A stretch of 64,000 bases of DNA from Minisyncoccota bacterium (GCA_041650615.1 JBAZKU010000001.1:23385-87384); one strand, 5' to 3'; shown: positions 21,649 to 33,641, counted from the stretch's first letter. Numbers and translations are program-made. Notes: a model not told the origin generated them from the sequence alone.

Positions 21649-21670
21649 AAAAATAAGGTATTAGGGTATA

Positions 21671-22813
21671 ATGGCCAATATGGAACCACTGGCTTTTAAG
21701 ATTAGACCTAAAAATTTAAAGGAATTTATTGGACAGGAGCATTTAACGGGCAAAAATAAGCCTATTTCCGTGGCTATTGAGAAAAAACATCTTTTTTCTT
21801 TCATTTTTTGGGGTCCGCCGGGAGTTGGAAAAACAACCCTTGCCAAAATTTATGCCAAAGCATTAAATGCAGATTATCACGAACTTTCGGCAGTTTCGGC
21901 AGGAAAGGATGATATTCGTGAAATATTGGAATCGGAAGGAGCTTTGTTAGGCCCAAAAATTCTTTTTCTTGATGAGATACACAGATTTAACAAAGCGCAA
22001 CAGGATTTTCTTTTGCCGTTTGTAGAGAGTGGCAGACTTACTTTAATTGGGGCAACGACAGAAAATCCAAGTTTTGAAGTAATTCCAGCTCTTCTTTCTC
22101 GCATGCGGGTTTTTGTGATGAATGAACTTTCAGATGAAGAGATGAAAAAAATTGTCAAGCGTACCGGTTATAAAATAAAAAAGGATTCTCTAGATTGGCT
22201 TATCGGAATGTCCTCAGGTGATGCTAGACAAGCAATCGCCATGATTGAAAATACTATTTCTCTCTATAAAAATATTACTGTTGATAATTTAAAAAATACT
22301 CTCCAATCAAAATTTTTGCGTTATGACAAAAAAAGCGAAGAGCATTATAATACTATCAGTGCTTTTATAAAAAGTATGCGCGCTTCACAACCAGACGCGG
22401 CTTTGTATTATTTATCACGAATGTTGCAAGCGGGGGAAGATCCGAAATTTATTGCTCGCCGGATGGTAATATTTGCCAGTGAAGATATCGGCTTGGTGCA
22501 ACCGACTGCTTTAGTAGTGGCCAATGCGGTATTTCAGGCAGTGGATACAATTGGAATGCCGGAATGTGGAGAAAATCTGGCTCATGGGGTAGTCTATCTT
22601 ACTCAAGCCAAAAAAGATAGAAGCGCCTATAATGCATATCTGGAAGCGATGGAAGATGCAAAAAAATATGGAAATTTGCCAATCCCGATGAGTATTCGGA
22701 ATGCCCCCACGAAATTAATGAAAGATTTGGGTTATGGAAAAAATTATGAAAAATATACGAAAGAAAATTTGATGCCGGATAAATTAAAAAATAAAAAATA
22801 TTTTAAAAAATGA
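21671..22813 (+). CDS. rarA: Replication-associated recombination protein A
   Basis: [38 protein letters not shown]. Confidence 0.95.
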   Translation: MANMEPLAFKIRPKNLKEFIGQEHLTGKNKPISVAIEKKHLFSFIFWGPPGVGKTTLAKIYAKALNADYHELSAVSAGKDDIREILESEGALLGPKILFLDEIHRFNKAQQDFLLPFVESGRLTLIGATTENPSFEVIPALLSRMRVFVMNELSDEEMKKIVKRTGYKIKKDSLDWLIGMSSGDARQAIAMIENTISLYKNITVDNLKNTLQSKFLRYDKKSEEHYNTISAFIKSMRASQPDAALYYLSRMLQAGEDPKFIARRMVIFASEDIGLVQPTALVVANAVFQAVDTIGMPECGENLAHGVVYLTQAKKDRSAYNAYLEAMEDAKKYGNLPIPMSIRNAPTKLMKDLGYGKNYEKYTKENLMPDKLKNKKYFKK

Positions 22814-24048
22814 AAACTTTAATTAAAAAACTAAAAACAATCTGGTGGAGAATCAAATCAATCGCAGCAATGCATTATTATGGTAATCCGTCCTCAAAGT
22901 TAAAAATTGTCGGAGTAACAGGCACTAATGGAAAAACTACGACAGCCACGCTTCTTTATAAAATAGCAACCGCTTTAGGCTATAAAGCAGGGCTTATCGG
23001 CACAGTGGAAAATATAATTGCAGGGGAAAAGAGAGGAGCTACGCATACTACACCCGATTCTATTTCTTTAACTAAACTTCTGAAGGAAATGGTAGAAAAA
23101 GGTTGCGAATATGTTTTTATGGAAGTTTCTTCACATGCTTTGGATCAAAAACGTGTTGCGGGAATAAATTTTATCGGCGGAATTTTTACAAATTTGACGC
23201 ATGATCATCTGGATTATCATAAAAACCTAGAAAATTATTTTCTGGCTAAAAAGAAATTTTTTGAAATACTTCCTAAAAATTCTTTTGCCCTTTCGAACAT
23301 TGATGATGAATATGGCGATGTTATTTTAGAAAATATCAAAGCGGAAAAATTCTTTTACGGTTTTGGAGAAGAAACAGAAATGATAGATTTTTACGGCAAA
23401 ATTTTAAAACTGAATTTCTCAGGGCTGGAGCTTGATTTTAATGGAGAAAAAATAAATTCAAAACTTTTGGGCAAATTTAACGCTTATAACCTGCTCGCTG
23501 TCTGGAGCGCTTCAAAGCTTATTGGTTTTGATATTAAAAAGGTAAATAAAATTTTAGAGAACATAGAACCTCCTCGAGGGAGATTTGAACACTTTTTATC
23601 TTCAGATGGTGTCCTTATCATCATAGATTATGCGCATACGCCGGATGCGCTGGAGAAAATTCTCTTGACGGTAAAAGAAATGAAACCTGAAAACGGAAGA
23701 ATAATTTCTGTTTTTGGTTGCGGGGGAAACCGCGATTCAACGAAGCGTTCCAAAATGGGAAAAATCGGAGCAAATTTATCCGATATTGCCATTTTTACAT
23801 CAGATAATCCTAGAAACGAAGATCCGAATAAAATTATTGAGCAAATGAAAGATAATTTGTCTCACGAGGAATCAAAAAAGGTAATAACCATTTCGAATCG
23901 TCGGTTAGCGATAGAGGAAGCAGTAGAGATGGCAAAAAATGGAGACATAATTCTTTGTGCCGGCAAAGGTCATGAAGAATATCAGGAAATCAAAGGTGTA
24001 AAGCATCATTTTAATGATATGGAAGAGTTTAAAAAAGTTTTAGATTAA
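22810..24048 (+). CDS. murE: UDP-MurNAc-tripeptide synthetase
   Basis: GVTGTNGKTT, MEVSSH, DYAHTPD, SDNPR, GKGHE. Confidence 0.95.
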   Translation: MKTLIKKLKTIWWRIKSIAAMHYYGNPSSKLKIVGVTGTNGKTTTATLLYKIATALGYKAGLIGTVENIIAGEKRGATHTTPDSISLTKLLKEMVEKGCEYVFMEVSSHALDQKRVAGINFIGGIFTNLTHDHLDYHKNLENYFLAKKKFFEILPKNSFALSNIDDEYGDVILENIKAEKFFYGFGEETEMIDFYGKILKLNFSGLELDFNGEKINSKLLGKFNAYNLLAVWSASKLIGFDIKKVNKILENIEPPRGRFEHFLSSDGVLIIIDYAHTPDALEKILLTVKEMKPENGRIISVFGCGGNRDSTKRSKMGKIGANLSDIAIFTSDNPRNEDPNKIIEQMKDNLSHEESKKVITISNRRLAIEEAVEMAKNGDIILCAGKGHEEYQEIKGVKHHFNDMEEFKKVLD

Positions 24049-25370
24049 TGCAAAACTATAAAGAACAATTCAAAGGGAAAAAGATTACAGTAATGGGACT
24101 GGGGATTTTGGGACGGGGATTGGGATATACCAAATTTTTGGCAGAATGTGGGGCAGATTTGATAGTGACAGACTTAAAGCCTTCGACTGCGCTTAGGTCG
24201 TCGCTTAATAAGCTCCGAACATTTAAGAACCCCGAAGGAAAGCGAGCTTCCTACGGGGCAAGTATTAAATTTGTGCTTAGTAAACATCGCCTTGAGGACT
24301 TTCGGGGTAGGGATATGGTAATTAAAGCTGCTGGTGTGCCGCTTGATTCTATTTATATAGAAGAAGCCCAAAAAAGTAATGTGCCGGTAGAAATGGATGT
24401 ATCGCTTTTTGTAAAATGTGCGCCGGAGGTAATGGTTATTGGAGTAACGGGTACAAGAGGGAAATCCATGGTTACGGCTCTTATTTACGAAATTCTAAAA
24501 CAAAATGAAAAGTTTTTGAATAAAAAAGTTTATATTGGTGGAAATGTTCGTGGAGTGGCTACTTTACCGCTACTTGCCAAAGTGAGAGCCGGAGATATTT
24601 TGATATGTGAACTTGATTCTTGGCAGTTGCAAGGTTTTGGTGATGCAAAGATTTCTCCGCATATCTCTGTATTCACCTCCTTTATGCCCGACCATATGAA
24701 TTATTATAAAAATGATATGAAAAAATATTTCAATGATAAAGCAAATATTTTTTCATATCAGAATAAAGAAGATGTTTTAATTATTCGTCCGGATATAAAA
24801 AAATTAATCCATAAAAATATAAAAAGCAAACTTATTGTAGTTAAACCCGATAATTTTCAGGAAGAAAATAAAGAATGTGCCATAGAGGTAGCAAAACTAT
24901 TTAAAATACCTAATTCAAAGATAAAACAAGCCATAAAGAATTTTAAAGGTTTAGAAGGGCGGTTGCAATATGTGAAAACCATAAGGGGAGTAAAAATATA
25001 CAATGACAATAATGCCACCACTCCGGAAGCCACAATGGCCGGGATAGAAGCATTAAAAGCGAAAAATATTGTGCTTATTTGTGGTGGGGCGGATAAAGGT
25101 TTAAATCTTGAAAATTTCGAAAAAACTATTAGTAGGTGTAAGGCAGTAGTATTAATTCCGGGTACAGGAACAGAGAAACTTACTAGTTTTAAGTTGAAAG
25201 TTGAAAGTCATAAAGTAAAAAGCTTAGATAATGCAATAAAAATTGCGTTAGGTCTTGCCTCACGCGGAGACATAATTCTTTTCTCTCCAGCTTTTGCCTC
25301 TTTTGGAATGTTTAATAATGAATACGAAAGAAATGATTTGTTTATGAAAATAATAAAAAAATTGAAATGA
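24048..25370 (+). CDS. murD: UDP-MurNAc-L-Ala--D-Glu ligase
   Basis: GVTGTRGKS, GGN, ELDSWQL, DH, GGADK, FSPAFASF. Confidence 0.9.
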   Translation: MQNYKEQFKGKKITVMGLGILGRGLGYTKFLAECGADLIVTDLKPSTALRSSLNKLRTFKNPEGKRASYGASIKFVLSKHRLEDFRGRDMVIKAAGVPLDSIYIEEAQKSNVPVEMDVSLFVKCAPEVMVIGVTGTRGKSMVTALIYEILKQNEKFLNKKVYIGGNVRGVATLPLLAKVRAGDILICELDSWQLQGFGDAKISPHISVFTSFMPDHMNYYKNDMKKYFNDKANIFSYQNKEDVLIIRPDIKKLIHKNIKSKLIVVKPDNFQEENKECAIEVAKLFKIPNSKIKQAIKNFKGLEGRLQYVKTIRGVKIYNDNNATTPEATMAGIEALKAKNIVLICGGADKGLNLENFEKTISRCKAVVLIPGTGTEKLTSFKLKVESHKVKSLDNAIKIALGLASRGDIILFSPAFASFGMFNNEYERNDLFMKIIKKLK

Positions 25371-25371
25371 A

Positions 25372-26652
25372 ATGGAATTAGATTTAACAAAAATTAAAAA
25401 GATATTTTTTATCGGAATCGGAGGCATTGGCATTTCGGCCTTAGCTAAAATGGCGCTTTCGCAGGGGATAGAAGTATCTGGGGTGAATGATGATGAAAGT
25501 CCCAAAACTCTTGACTCACTCCGCGCATCTGGTGCAGATATAAAAATGTCAAAGGTGGGCTTTGACATACCAGAGACTGATTTATATGTGTATAGTGATG
25601 CTTGGCTTTATAGAGGTCCGGAAATTATTGAAAATGCTAAAGAAACAGGCAAACCAGTTTTAAGTTATTTTGAAGCGCTTGGTATTTTCGCAAAAAAATA
25701 TAAAGTTATTGCAATTTCCGGCACTCATGGAAAAACTACTACCACTGCCATGATAGCGGAGATACTTACAGAAGCAGGACTAGACCCCACGGTTATTGTC
25801 GGCTCTTTTATTAAAAAATTTAACAGTAATTTCAGAAAAGGTAATGGTGAATATCTTGTAGTGGAAGCGGACGAATACAATAAACACTTTTTGAATTTTA
25901 ATCCATACATTACGGTTGTCACAAATATTGAGGTTGATCACTTAGACTGTTATAAAGATTTAGCTGATATACAAAATGCATTTGATAAACTTTTGTCGCA
26001 GAGTGAAAATAAAATTTTAGCCTCGCCAGTAGGCTCTGGGTCGATGGATTACACAAGATATTTGGCAAAAGTACCTAAGCTCTCTATTCTGGGAGAACAT
26101 AATAGGATGAACGCAGCGGCAGCATTGGCAGTAGCAGACCTTCTCCACATTAAAGAAGATGTTGCTCAAAAATCTCTAGCTCAATTTTCTGGTACTTGGC
26201 GCAGATTAGAAAAAAGAGGAGAGACAGAAAATAAAACTATTATATATGATGATTATGCCCATCATCCCACGGAAATAAAAGCAAGCCTGGAAGCTTTACG
26301 CGAGCTTTATCCAATTGGAGAGAAGAAAATTACAGTAATTTTTCAACCGCATCTATACAGTCGAACCAAGGCTTTATTCAACGATTTTGCCAAAAGTTTT
26401 AAAGGAGCCGATAACATATATCTGCTTCCTATCTTTTTTGCCAGAGAAACAAGAGATGAAAGCATTTCAAGTGAAAAACTAGCCCAGGCCATCTGCCTGG
26501 CTGGGGATAAAGCCAAAGCTTTTCCAGACTTTGAATCGGCAGAAAGCTTTATAAAAGGCTTAAATTTTGGAGAAAATGACGTATTTGTGACAATGGGAGC
26601 AGGGGAAGCATACAAAATAGCTGACAAAGTATTTAAATTACCCCTATTTTAG
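25372..26652 (+). CDS. murC: UDP-MurNAc--L-Ala ligase
   Basis: FIGIGGIGIS, GTHGKTTTT, EADE, DDYAHHPTE, FQPH. Confidence 0.95.
   Translation: MELDLTKIKKIFFIGIGGIGISALAKMALSQGIEVSGVNDDESPKTLDSLRASGADIKMSKVGFDIPETDLYVYSDAWLYRGPEIIENAKETGKPVLSYFEALGIFAKKYKVIAISGTHGKTTTTAMIAEILTEAGLDPTVIVGSFIKKFNSNFRKGNGEYLVVEADEYNKHFLNFNPYITVVTNIEVDHLDCYKDLADIQNAFDKLLSQSENKILASPVGSGSMDYTRYLAKVPKLSILGEHNRMNAAAALAVADLLHIKEDVAQKSLAQFSGTWRRLEKRGETENKTIIYDDYAHHPTEIKASLEALRELYPIGEKKITVIFQPHLYSRTKALFNDFAKSFKGADNIYLLPIFFARETRDESISSEKLAQAICLAGDKAKAFPDFESAESFIKGLNFGENDVFVTMGAGEAYKIADKVFKLPLF
25546..25568. repeat. REP-like palindrome of the RAYT-associated family, in frame inside murC
   Basis: ATGTCAAAG-GTGGG-CTTTGACAT, read as MSKVGFDI. 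Confidence 0.75.
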
Positions 26653-26873
26653 CCTTATTTGTCAATGGGCGTAGTATAAAATGCCCTTATTTTATAAGGT
26701 TTTTTGAGTTTGACATATAATAAAATCATTGTTTAACTATTGACATTTAATATGCAATATGCTAGTATATAAAGGTACCCTTATTAATAGGCTAAATAGC
26801 CTTTTAATAAAAGGTATTTCAGCAAAAGTTGAATAAACCTTCCGAGAGTTGGCGGAGCATAGACCGCCCTAAT

Positions 26874-27494
26874 ATGAATAAAAACAATTTAATACGGTTT
26901 GCTCAATCTCTTATGCTTTTGCCTTTTATGACTGGGACAACGGTGCCTTTAGGAAGTATCATAATTGACACCACAAAAGAGACTGTTCAGACTGTATTTA
27001 TACAAAAAGAGAATATTGAAGCTAATGGTATATTGGCCTTTAACCAGGTTGTAGACCAAAAAGCTGAAGACCAAAGAGCTAAAGCTAACGCTATTGATAG
27101 TTACTTTGAGTCGCGTGATATGCCACTTTCAGGTATGGGTATGAAGATGGTGATTGAGGCTGAAAAGAATGGTCTTGACTGGCGTCTTTTAGCAGCAATA
27201 GCTGTTCGAGAATCCACTGGAGGAAAATTTGACTGTAAAAAAGTTGAAAACAATCCTTTCGGTTGGGGTTCTTGTAAAATTGGTTTTGATTCCAATGAAG
27301 AAGCTATTGAAACTGTGGCTATGAATTTGGGAGGGAATAATCCAAATACTGAAAAGCATTACGACAATAAAACCACTAAACAAATTTTACGCGCTTATAA
27401 TCCGCCTTCTATAGTACCCCGTTATGCCGAACAAGTGATATCTATCATGAATGCTATTGGAGACGAAGATCTAATTACAGAAACCAGAGCATAA
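26874..27494 (+). CDS. Secreted lysozyme-like / glucosaminidase-like protein
   Basis: LDWRLLAAIAVRESTGG, NNPFGWG, AYNP motifs; start set to the ATG at 26874. Confidence 0.7.
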   Translation: MNKNNLIRFAQSLMLLPFMTGTTVPLGSIIIDTTKETVQTVFIQKENIEANGILAFNQVVDQKAEDQRAKANAIDSYFESRDMPLSGMGMKMVIEAEKNGLDWRLLAAIAVRESTGGKFDCKKVENNPFGWGSCKIGFDSNEEAIETVAMNLGGNNPNTEKHYDNKTTKQILRAYNPPSIVPRYAEQVISIMNAIGDEDLITETRA

Positions 27495-27528
27495 TTAAAA
27501 AACCCGACGAGTGTCGGGTTTTTTAATT
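27493..27528. terminator. Bidirectional intrinsic terminator
   Basis: AATTAAAAAACCCGAC-GAGT-GTCGGGTTTTTTAATT between convergent genes. Confidence 0.75.
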
Positions 27529-27649
27529 TAGAAAAATCAGAAAACAAAATTTTTAAGGGGTTTCGAGCGCGACGGCGCGAGAACTTCAGGATTTTTTAAG
27601 CTTCAAAAAATCCGTACCGGCAAAAATTTTGTTTTTGATTTTTCTTCAT

Positions 27650-28765
27650 TTACTCAAGATATACCAATGTCATCTTGTGTTCTTTAGGTTCAAATAATGT
27701 AATTTGGAAATTGTAATTTTTACCAAGTTCTAGTTTTTCACGAAGTTTTGTTTCTCCGCCAAAAGTTGAATTATGCACGAGACCTGCTACGCCTTCCTTT
27801 ATAGAAACCAACGCGCCGTGTTTATTGTATTTAATTACGACACCTTTAATAATGTCACCTTTTTTCAATTTCCCTTCAAATTCTGTCCAAGGATTTTCCT
27901 TCAACGCTTTAATGGAAAGTGAAATTTTACCGTCTTTTATTTCAATTACTTTTGCGCGGACCTTATCATCTACTTTAAACATAGTGCGGGGATCTTCTAC
28001 GAGGCCCCAATCAAGTTCGGAAATATGCACAAGACCTTCCAATCCATCTTCAAGTTTTAAGAAAATTCCAAAATCCACAATTCCGGCAACCGTACAATCT
28101 ACTTCATCCCCCACATTATATTTGCTCAGAATTTCCTTTTTCTCTTCAGGATTATTATCTTTCTCGGAAAAGATTAATTTACCTTCCTTGGGAAGGGTGG
28201 AGATAATCATTACTGAAATTTTTTCGCCTACCAATTTCTTTAATTCTTTTAATATCTTGTCTTTATCCGAATCCAAAACGCGAGGATAATGGTCGGCTTT
28301 AAGTTGGGAAGCGGGCAAAAATCCTTGTATACCCTGCCATTCTAAGATTAATCCTCCCTTATTTGCATCTTTTATTTCCAGTTCTAGAACAGTTTTTGCT
28401 TTTATAGCTTTTTCGGCTTCGCTCCAAGTAAGCGCTTGTTTGGCTTCCTTGAGAGAAAGTTCCGTATATCCATTTTCATTTTCTACCTCAACGACTTTCG
28501 CCTTGATAATATCGCCGAGACTTATCTTTTTAATAATGTCTTTGGCATTGATAAATTCACGGCCGTAAATGATGCCTGTGCCAAAGGGCGATAAATCAAC
28601 AAAAACAGATGATTTTTCCACTAAAATTACCGGACCTTCAACCAGAGAATCAACCTCTGGCTTGCTTTTGCTTCGGTCAACGATAGATTTCAGCACTAAG
28701 TTCTCTTTAAAATTTTCTTCTACCTGCCCCGACTGGTCAAGGCGGGCTGTTTCTTCTTTCTTCAT
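27650..28765 (-). CDS. rpsA: 30S ribosomal protein S1 (four S1 domains)
   Basis: NKGGL...GFLPASQL, DFGIF...EGLVHISEL, KISLSIKAL. Confidence 0.9.
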   Translation of the reverse strand: MKKEETARLDQSGQVEENFKENLVLKSIVDRSKSKPEVDSLVEGPVILVEKSSVFVDLSPFGTGIIYGREFINAKDIIKKISLGDIIKAKVVEVENENGYTELSLKEAKQALTWSEAEKAIKAKTVLELEIKDANKGGLILEWQGIQGFLPASQLKADHYPRVLDSDKDKILKELKKLVGEKISVMIISTLPKEGKLIFSEKDNNPEEKKEILSKYNVGDEVDCTVAGIVDFGIFLKLEDGLEGLVHISELDWGLVEDPRTMFKVDDKVRAKVIEIKDGKISLSIKALKENPWTEFEGKLKKGDIIKGVVIKYNKHGALVSIKEGVAGLVHNSTFGGETKLREKLELGKNYNFQITLFEPKEHKMTLVYLE

Positions 28766-28907
28766 AATAATATCTTAAACAAAAAAATCCGCTAAGAAGC
28801 GGATATAAGGCTTAGGTTCTAATTTGACTTGTGTCTCCTTAGGGTTACCCTAAATCCTGCTTTTAATATATTAAAGTAATCTTACTATAATTATATAAAA
28901 AAGCAAG

Positions 28908-28944
28908 CCCCTACACTTATTTTTTTCAAAAATAAGTGTAGGGG
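28908..28944. repeat. Family B palindromic element
   Basis: CAAG|CCCCTACACTTATTTTT...AAAAATAAGTGTAGGGG|CAAG. Confidence 0.85.
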
Positions 28945-28994
28945 CAAGTATTTTCATTTTGTTTTTTGTTTCGTTTTTTGCTATACTATATATA

Positions 28995-29639
28995 ATGATA
29001 ATCACTTATTTTGGTGAACAATTTTTTAAGATTGCCCAGGGGGATATGGTTCTTGCCTTCAATCCTGTCAGCAAAAGTGCCAAGTCTGACATAGGAGCGC
29101 ATTTCGGCGCGGACATAGCTTTTGTTACTACCAATTATCCTCTTTATAACGGAGTGGAACAACTTTCTCATGGCGAGCGTATGCCTTTTGTTATCAGTGG
29201 TCCTGGAGATTATGAAGTTAAGGAAGTTTTTATAAAAGGTATAATGTCCAATGCTTTGATTTCCGGTAAAAATTATATTAATACGATTTATTCATTTTCA
29301 TTGGATAATATTAATATCGCATTTTTAGGCGCATTGGGAGATCCTGAAATTTCAAAAGAAGCCCATGAAGCAATTGATAGTCCGGATATTCTTTTTATTC
29401 CGATTGGCGGAAAAAATTTATCTAAAGAAGTAAGCTTGCTTGATGCTAAAACGTCCGCCAAGCTTGCCTTGGAACTTGAACCGAAATTGATTATACCGAT
29501 GAGTTATGACGATAGTGCTTTAAAAATATTTTTGAAAGAAATTGGAGAAGACAGAGCTGAAGTGGTAGATAAATTAACCCTCAAGTTAAAAGATTTAGAT
29601 GGAAAGGAAGGGGAAGTGATTATATTAAAAGCTATTTAA
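28995..29639 (+). CDS. Metallo-beta-lactamase-fold protein with degenerate metal motif
   Basis: MIITYFG..FFKI, GPGDYEV, DILFIPIGG, PKLIIPMSY; the HxHxDH position reads TTNYPLYN. Confidence 0.75.
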   Translation: MIITYFGEQFFKIAQGDMVLAFNPVSKSAKSDIGAHFGADIAFVTTNYPLYNGVEQLSHGERMPFVISGPGDYEVKEVFIKGIMSNALISGKNYINTIYSFSLDNINIAFLGALGDPEISKEAHEAIDSPDILFIPIGGKNLSKEVSLLDAKTSAKLALELEPKLIIPMSYDDSALKIFLKEIGEDRAEVVDKLTLKLKDLDGKEGEVIILKAI

Positions 29640-29655
29640 TTTTTTTTATAATTAT

Positions 29656-29898
29656 ATGAAAAAAATAATTCATCATTTAAGAAGACAGCCGGAGGAAGTT
29701 CGTAGACATGTTTTGCATATTACTATATTTGTAGTAGCCATTATTATGATAATGCTTTGGATTTTCAGTTTGGGGAGAAGTCTGTCAAATTCTGATACGC
29801 AAACAAAAATAAAACAGGACCTTCAGCCGTTTTCCATATTAAAAGATAATTTAGTCAGCGGATACAATAGTACTAAGAATACTAATTCCAGTAATTAA
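29656..29898 (+). CDS. Hypothetical single-TM protein
   Basis: 80-aa ORF with one hydrophobic segment, upstream of gyrA. Confidence 0.65.
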   Translation: MKKIIHHLRRQPEEVRRHVLHITIFVVAIIMIMLWIFSLGRSLSNSDTQTKIKQDLQPFSILKDNLVSGYNSTKNTNSSN

Positions 29899-29908
29899 TA
29901 TATACTTG

Positions 29909-29975
29909 TCCTGTTATAAAATTAACTGGACAAAATTAAATCACAAAATCATTATTAAATAATTTTATAATAGGA
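29909..29975. mobile_element. Degenerate ATG-abutting inverted-repeat element before gyrA
   Basis: TCCTGTTATAAAATT...AATTTTATAATAGGA|TG. Confidence 0.65.
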
Positions 29976-32431
29976 TGGCAAAAAAAATTAACGAACCAAT
30001 TGAAACACGTACCGATGAAATACTGCCAGTGGATGTTGTGACAGAAATGAAAGATTCTTATTTGGCATATGCTATGTCCGTTATTACTGCGCGTGCCTTA
30101 CCGGATGTCAGAGACGGATTGAAACCTGTGCACCGCAGAATCTTGTTTGCTATGAATGAAATGGGGCTTACTTCCACTGCGCGTTTTAGAAAATCTTCCG
30201 CAGTAGTCGGAGATGTGCTCGGGAAATATCATCCGCATGGTGACATGGCTGTATATGATTCAATGGTTGGAATGGCCCAAGAATTCTCTTTTCGTTATCC
30301 TTTAATTTTAGGACAAGGAAATTTTGGTTCTATAGACGGAGATAATGCTGCTGCAATGCGTTACACGGAAGCCAAAATGTCTAAAATTTCAAACGAACTT
30401 TTACGCGATTTAGAAAAAGAAACGGTTGATTTCCGTCCTAACTATGACCAGACCCGTAAAGAGCCTGTAGTTTTTCCATCCGCAGTACCGGCGCTTCTTT
30501 TGAATGGCACGCTTGGTATTGCTGTCGGCATGGCGACAAATATACCTCCGCACAACTTGGCTGAAGTATTAGATGCAACAAAATATTTAATTGACAATGA
30601 AGATGCAAGCACTGAAGATTTGATGCAATTTATAAAAGGCCCCGATTTTCCTACCGGGGGTATAGCTTATAACTATCAAGATATGCTTCATGCATACGGG
30701 ACAGGGAGGGGTGGAGTTGTATGTCGCGGAGAAGCGGAAATAATAGAACAGAAAGGCGGAAATTTTCAAATCGTTATCACTTCAATTCCTTATCGTGTAA
30801 ACAAATCAAATTTAATAATGGCTATTGCCGAATTGGTACAGGAGAAAAAACTTGACGGAGTAAAAGGGCTTCGAGATGAATCAACTAAAGATATCAGAAT
30901 TGTCATAGATTTAAAAAACACGGCAGTTCCGGAAAAAGTTTTAAATTATATTTATAAAAATACTCAGCTTGAATCAAATTTCAATTTCAATATTGTGGCC
31001 TTGGTGGATGGCGTACCTCAAACTCTTTCTCTTAAATCAATTCTTTCTCTGTTTATTTCACACAGAAAAGAAGTTGTGAAAAGAAGAGGAATATATGATT
31101 TGCGCAAAGCGGAAGAACGAGAACATATCCTGCTTGGTTTGAAGAAAGCGCTTGATAAAATAGATCAAGTAATTAAGATTATCCGTGGGTCCAAAGACGG
31201 ACAAATTGCCAAATTTAATTTAATAAAAGAATTTAAATTTTCAGAATTGCAAGCAGTGGCCATACTTGAAATGAAATTGCAAAAATTGGCCGGGCTTGAA
31301 AGAAAAGCGGTGGAAAACGAGCTTGAGGAAAAACAGAAATTTATCAAAGAAACAAAGGATCTTTTGGCAAGTCCTAAGAAAATACTCGGAGTCATATCCG
31401 AAGAATTGAAAGAAACTCGGGAAAAGTATGCTGATGAGCGCAGAACAAAAATAATCAAAGGCGGAAATAAAGAAATTAATGATGAAGACTTGATACCGGA
31501 CAAAGAAACGATGCTTGTTTTTTCTGCCGGCGGATATGTTAAACGCACTGACCCATCTGAATATCGTTCACAAAAACGAGGGGGAGTCGGAGTGGTTGAT
31601 CTTGAAACCAAAGAAGAGGATTTTGTAACGATGCTTGTGTCAGGATCCACTCACAGCGATCTCTTATTCTTTACTAATTTAGGTAAAGCCTATCAGATGA
31701 AAATGTATGACATCCCGGAAGGTCGTCGTGCCACTCGGGGTAAATCAATCATGAATTTTCTGGCGCTCAATAACGACGAGAAAGTCACGTCTATTTTGCC
31801 GATGTTAAAAGATTTTGATAAAAATGGGTCTTCACTTATGCTGGTAACAAAAAATGGCACGGCTAAAAAAATGTCCAGCGCCAGCTTTAAAGATGTTCGC
31901 AGAAGTGGAATTATTTCCATTCGTTTAGATAAAGGGGACCAACTAGTTTCCGCATTATTGGTTGAAAAAGGGGATGAGGTAATGGTGGCCACTGGTGGCG
32001 GACAATCTATCAGGTTTAAAGAATCCGATATAAGGGAAATGGGTAGGACGGCCGGAGGCGTACGCGGAATAAAACTCGGAAAAGGCGATGAGGTTATTAG
32101 TGTAGATGTTGTAAAAAAAGACAATAAAGATGGCGCATTTTTGACCATGAGCGCGAATGGTTTTGGCAAAAAGACTTCCTTAAAAGAATATAAAGTTCAA
32201 AAAAGAGGAGGTTCCGGCATTAAAACTGCTAAAGTAACGCCTAAAACTGGCAGGCTTATAGTCGCCAGGGTGTTGACCGGAGGCGAAGAGGAATTGATAG
32301 CTATGTCTAAGAAAGGTCAAGTCATCAGAACGGCCCTGAAAGATATTTCATCTCTGGGTAGGCAAACTCAAGGTGTGACCATTATGCGTCTCCGCGCCGG
32401 GGATAGTATCGCTTCTCTCGTTTGCGCGTAA
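29975..32431 (+). CDS. gyrA: DNA gyrase subunit A
   Basis: [30 protein letters not shown], GyrA-box-like QKRGGVG. Confidence 0.98.
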   Translation: MAKKINEPIETRTDEILPVDVVTEMKDSYLAYAMSVITARALPDVRDGLKPVHRRILFAMNEMGLTSTARFRKSSAVVGDVLGKYHPHGDMAVYDSMVGMAQEFSFRYPLILGQGNFGSIDGDNAAAMRYTEAKMSKISNELLRDLEKETVDFRPNYDQTRKEPVVFPSAVPALLLNGTLGIAVGMATNIPPHNLAEVLDATKYLIDNEDASTEDLMQFIKGPDFPTGGIAYNYQDMLHAYGTGRGGVVCRGEAEIIEQKGGNFQIVITSIPYRVNKSNLIMAIAELVQEKKLDGVKGLRDESTKDIRIVIDLKNTAVPEKVLNYIYKNTQLESNFNFNIVALVDGVPQTLSLKSILSLFISHRKEVVKRRGIYDLRKAEEREHILLGLKKALDKIDQVIKIIRGSKDGQIAKFNLIKEFKFSELQAVAILEMKLQKLAGLERKAVENELEEKQKFIKETKDLLASPKKILGVISEELKETREKYADERRTKIIKGGNKEINDEDLIPDKETMLVFSAGGYVKRTDPSEYRSQKRGGVGVVDLETKEEDFVTMLVSGSTHSDLLFFTNLGKAYQMKMYDIPEGRRATRGKSIMNFLALNNDEKVTSILPMLKDFDKNGSSLMLVTKNGTAKKMSSASFKDVRRSGIISIRLDKGDQLVSALLVEKGDEVMVATGGGQSIRFKESDIREMGRTAGGVRGIKLGKGDEVISVDVVKKDNKDGAFLTMSANGFGKKTSLKEYKVQKRGGSGIKTAKVTPKTGRLIVARVLTGGEEELIAMSKKGQVIRTALKDISSLGRQTQGVTIMRLRAGDSIASLVCA

Positions 32432-32450
32432 TAAAAATAAGAAATGCTAT

Positions 32451-32473
32451 ATGTCAAAGAGTACCTTCGACAT
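32451..32473. repeat. REP-like palindrome (RAYT-associated family)
   Basis: ATGTCAAAG-AGTAC-CTTCGACAT. Confidence 0.8.
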
Positions 32474-32503
32474 ATTGGTGTATCTTAATAGTAAAAATTA
32501 TTT

Positions 32504-33001
32504 ATGAAAAAAGCTCTAATAATAATTGATATCCAAAAAGGTTTTATAAATAAATTAACAAATAAAATTCCTTCTCGAATTAGGAGTTTTATTTTAAGGA
32601 ACAGAGGAAAATATAATTTGATTATTTTTACAAAATATATGAATCGTAAAAATAGCAATTTTGTTAAAAATTTAAATTGGAAAGGATTTATGGATGATAA
32701 ACAAACTGCCATAATTGATGAACTTAAAGAATTTATAAATAATAAAAATCTTTATAAAAAATATACCTATGGCAGTTTTGTTGATAATAAATTATTAAAG
32801 TATCTTAAAAGGAATAAAATTAAACAAGTTGATTTAGCCGGTATTGATACGGAAAATTGTGTACTTACTTTTGCCAGAGACGCTTTTGATAGGGGATTTA
32901 GGGTGGTAGTTTTTAAAAATCTTTCTGCAAGTCATTCCAATATTAAACTACATAAAGCAGCCTTAAAAATAATAGAAGAAAATATAGGTAATGTAATATA
33001 A
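32504..33001 (+). CDS. Isochorismatase-family cysteine hydrolase
   Basis: LIIIDIQKGF, KYTYGSF, GIDTENCV..ARDAFDRGF. Confidence 0.9.
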   Translation: MKKALIIIDIQKGFINKLTNKIPSRIRSFILRNRGKYNLIIFTKYMNRKNSNFVKNLNWKGFMDDKQTAIIDELKEFINNKNLYKKYTYGSFVDNKLLKYLKRNKIKQVDLAGIDTENCVLTFARDAFDRGFRVVVFKNLSASHSNIKLHKAALKIIEENIGNVI

Positions 33002-33002
33002 G

Positions 33003-33025
33003 ATGTCAAAGTGTCTCTTTGACAT
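33003..33025. repeat. REP-like palindrome at the 3' end of the RAYT gene
   Basis: ATGTCAAAG-TGTCT-CTTTGACAT; overlaps the transposase stop codon. Confidence 0.85.
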
Positions 33026-33632
33026 CAAAATTTAGTGTTTCTTTTATAAAGCTATTTTGATTACCAAAAACTGAAATTAGTAGTTCTTTGTTAATTATTG
33101 GCAAGTTTCTATTAGAAGAAAAATCTTGATAGCTACTCCATTTGTAATCTTCGGGAGTTTTTACCAATCTATCTTTTACAGGATTCATATGAATATAAGC
33201 CGATGTCCACATGAGTTGAGGATTATTTTCCATAAGTACTGCCTTAAAACAATCTTGAAAAGTATGTCCGGCACTATCATATTTATTATTTATGTATTTA
33301 GAATAACTGGCACATACCTTTGAAATTAATTTTGAAATTGGAATATCTCCAACTTGTTCAATCAGTAAGTGAAAGTGATTTGGCATTAAACAGAATGTAT
33401 GCAATTTAAAATTATTTTTATTTATGTTAGTAATTCTAATTCTTGAATAGGGTATAGCAATTAATTTTTCTTTATTTAATTCTTCTTCGGTAAATCCCAA
33501 ACAAAGTCCAAGTCTAAAAAGAAAAGCCCTATAATCTTGTTCGTCAAAAAATATTTTTTTCTTGTTATTACCTCTGTTATAAATATGGGCAATTGATCCG
33601 CTATTGAATTTTTTATAGTCTCTATTATTCAT
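33006..33632 (-). mobile_element. REP-associated tyrosine transposase (RAYT; IS200-like HUH Y1)
   Basis: HIYNRGNNK, FCLMPNHFHLL (HUH), FQDCF, YIHMNPV (catalytic Tyr), YKWSSY. Confidence 0.9.
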
Positions 33633-33641
33633 TATTATATT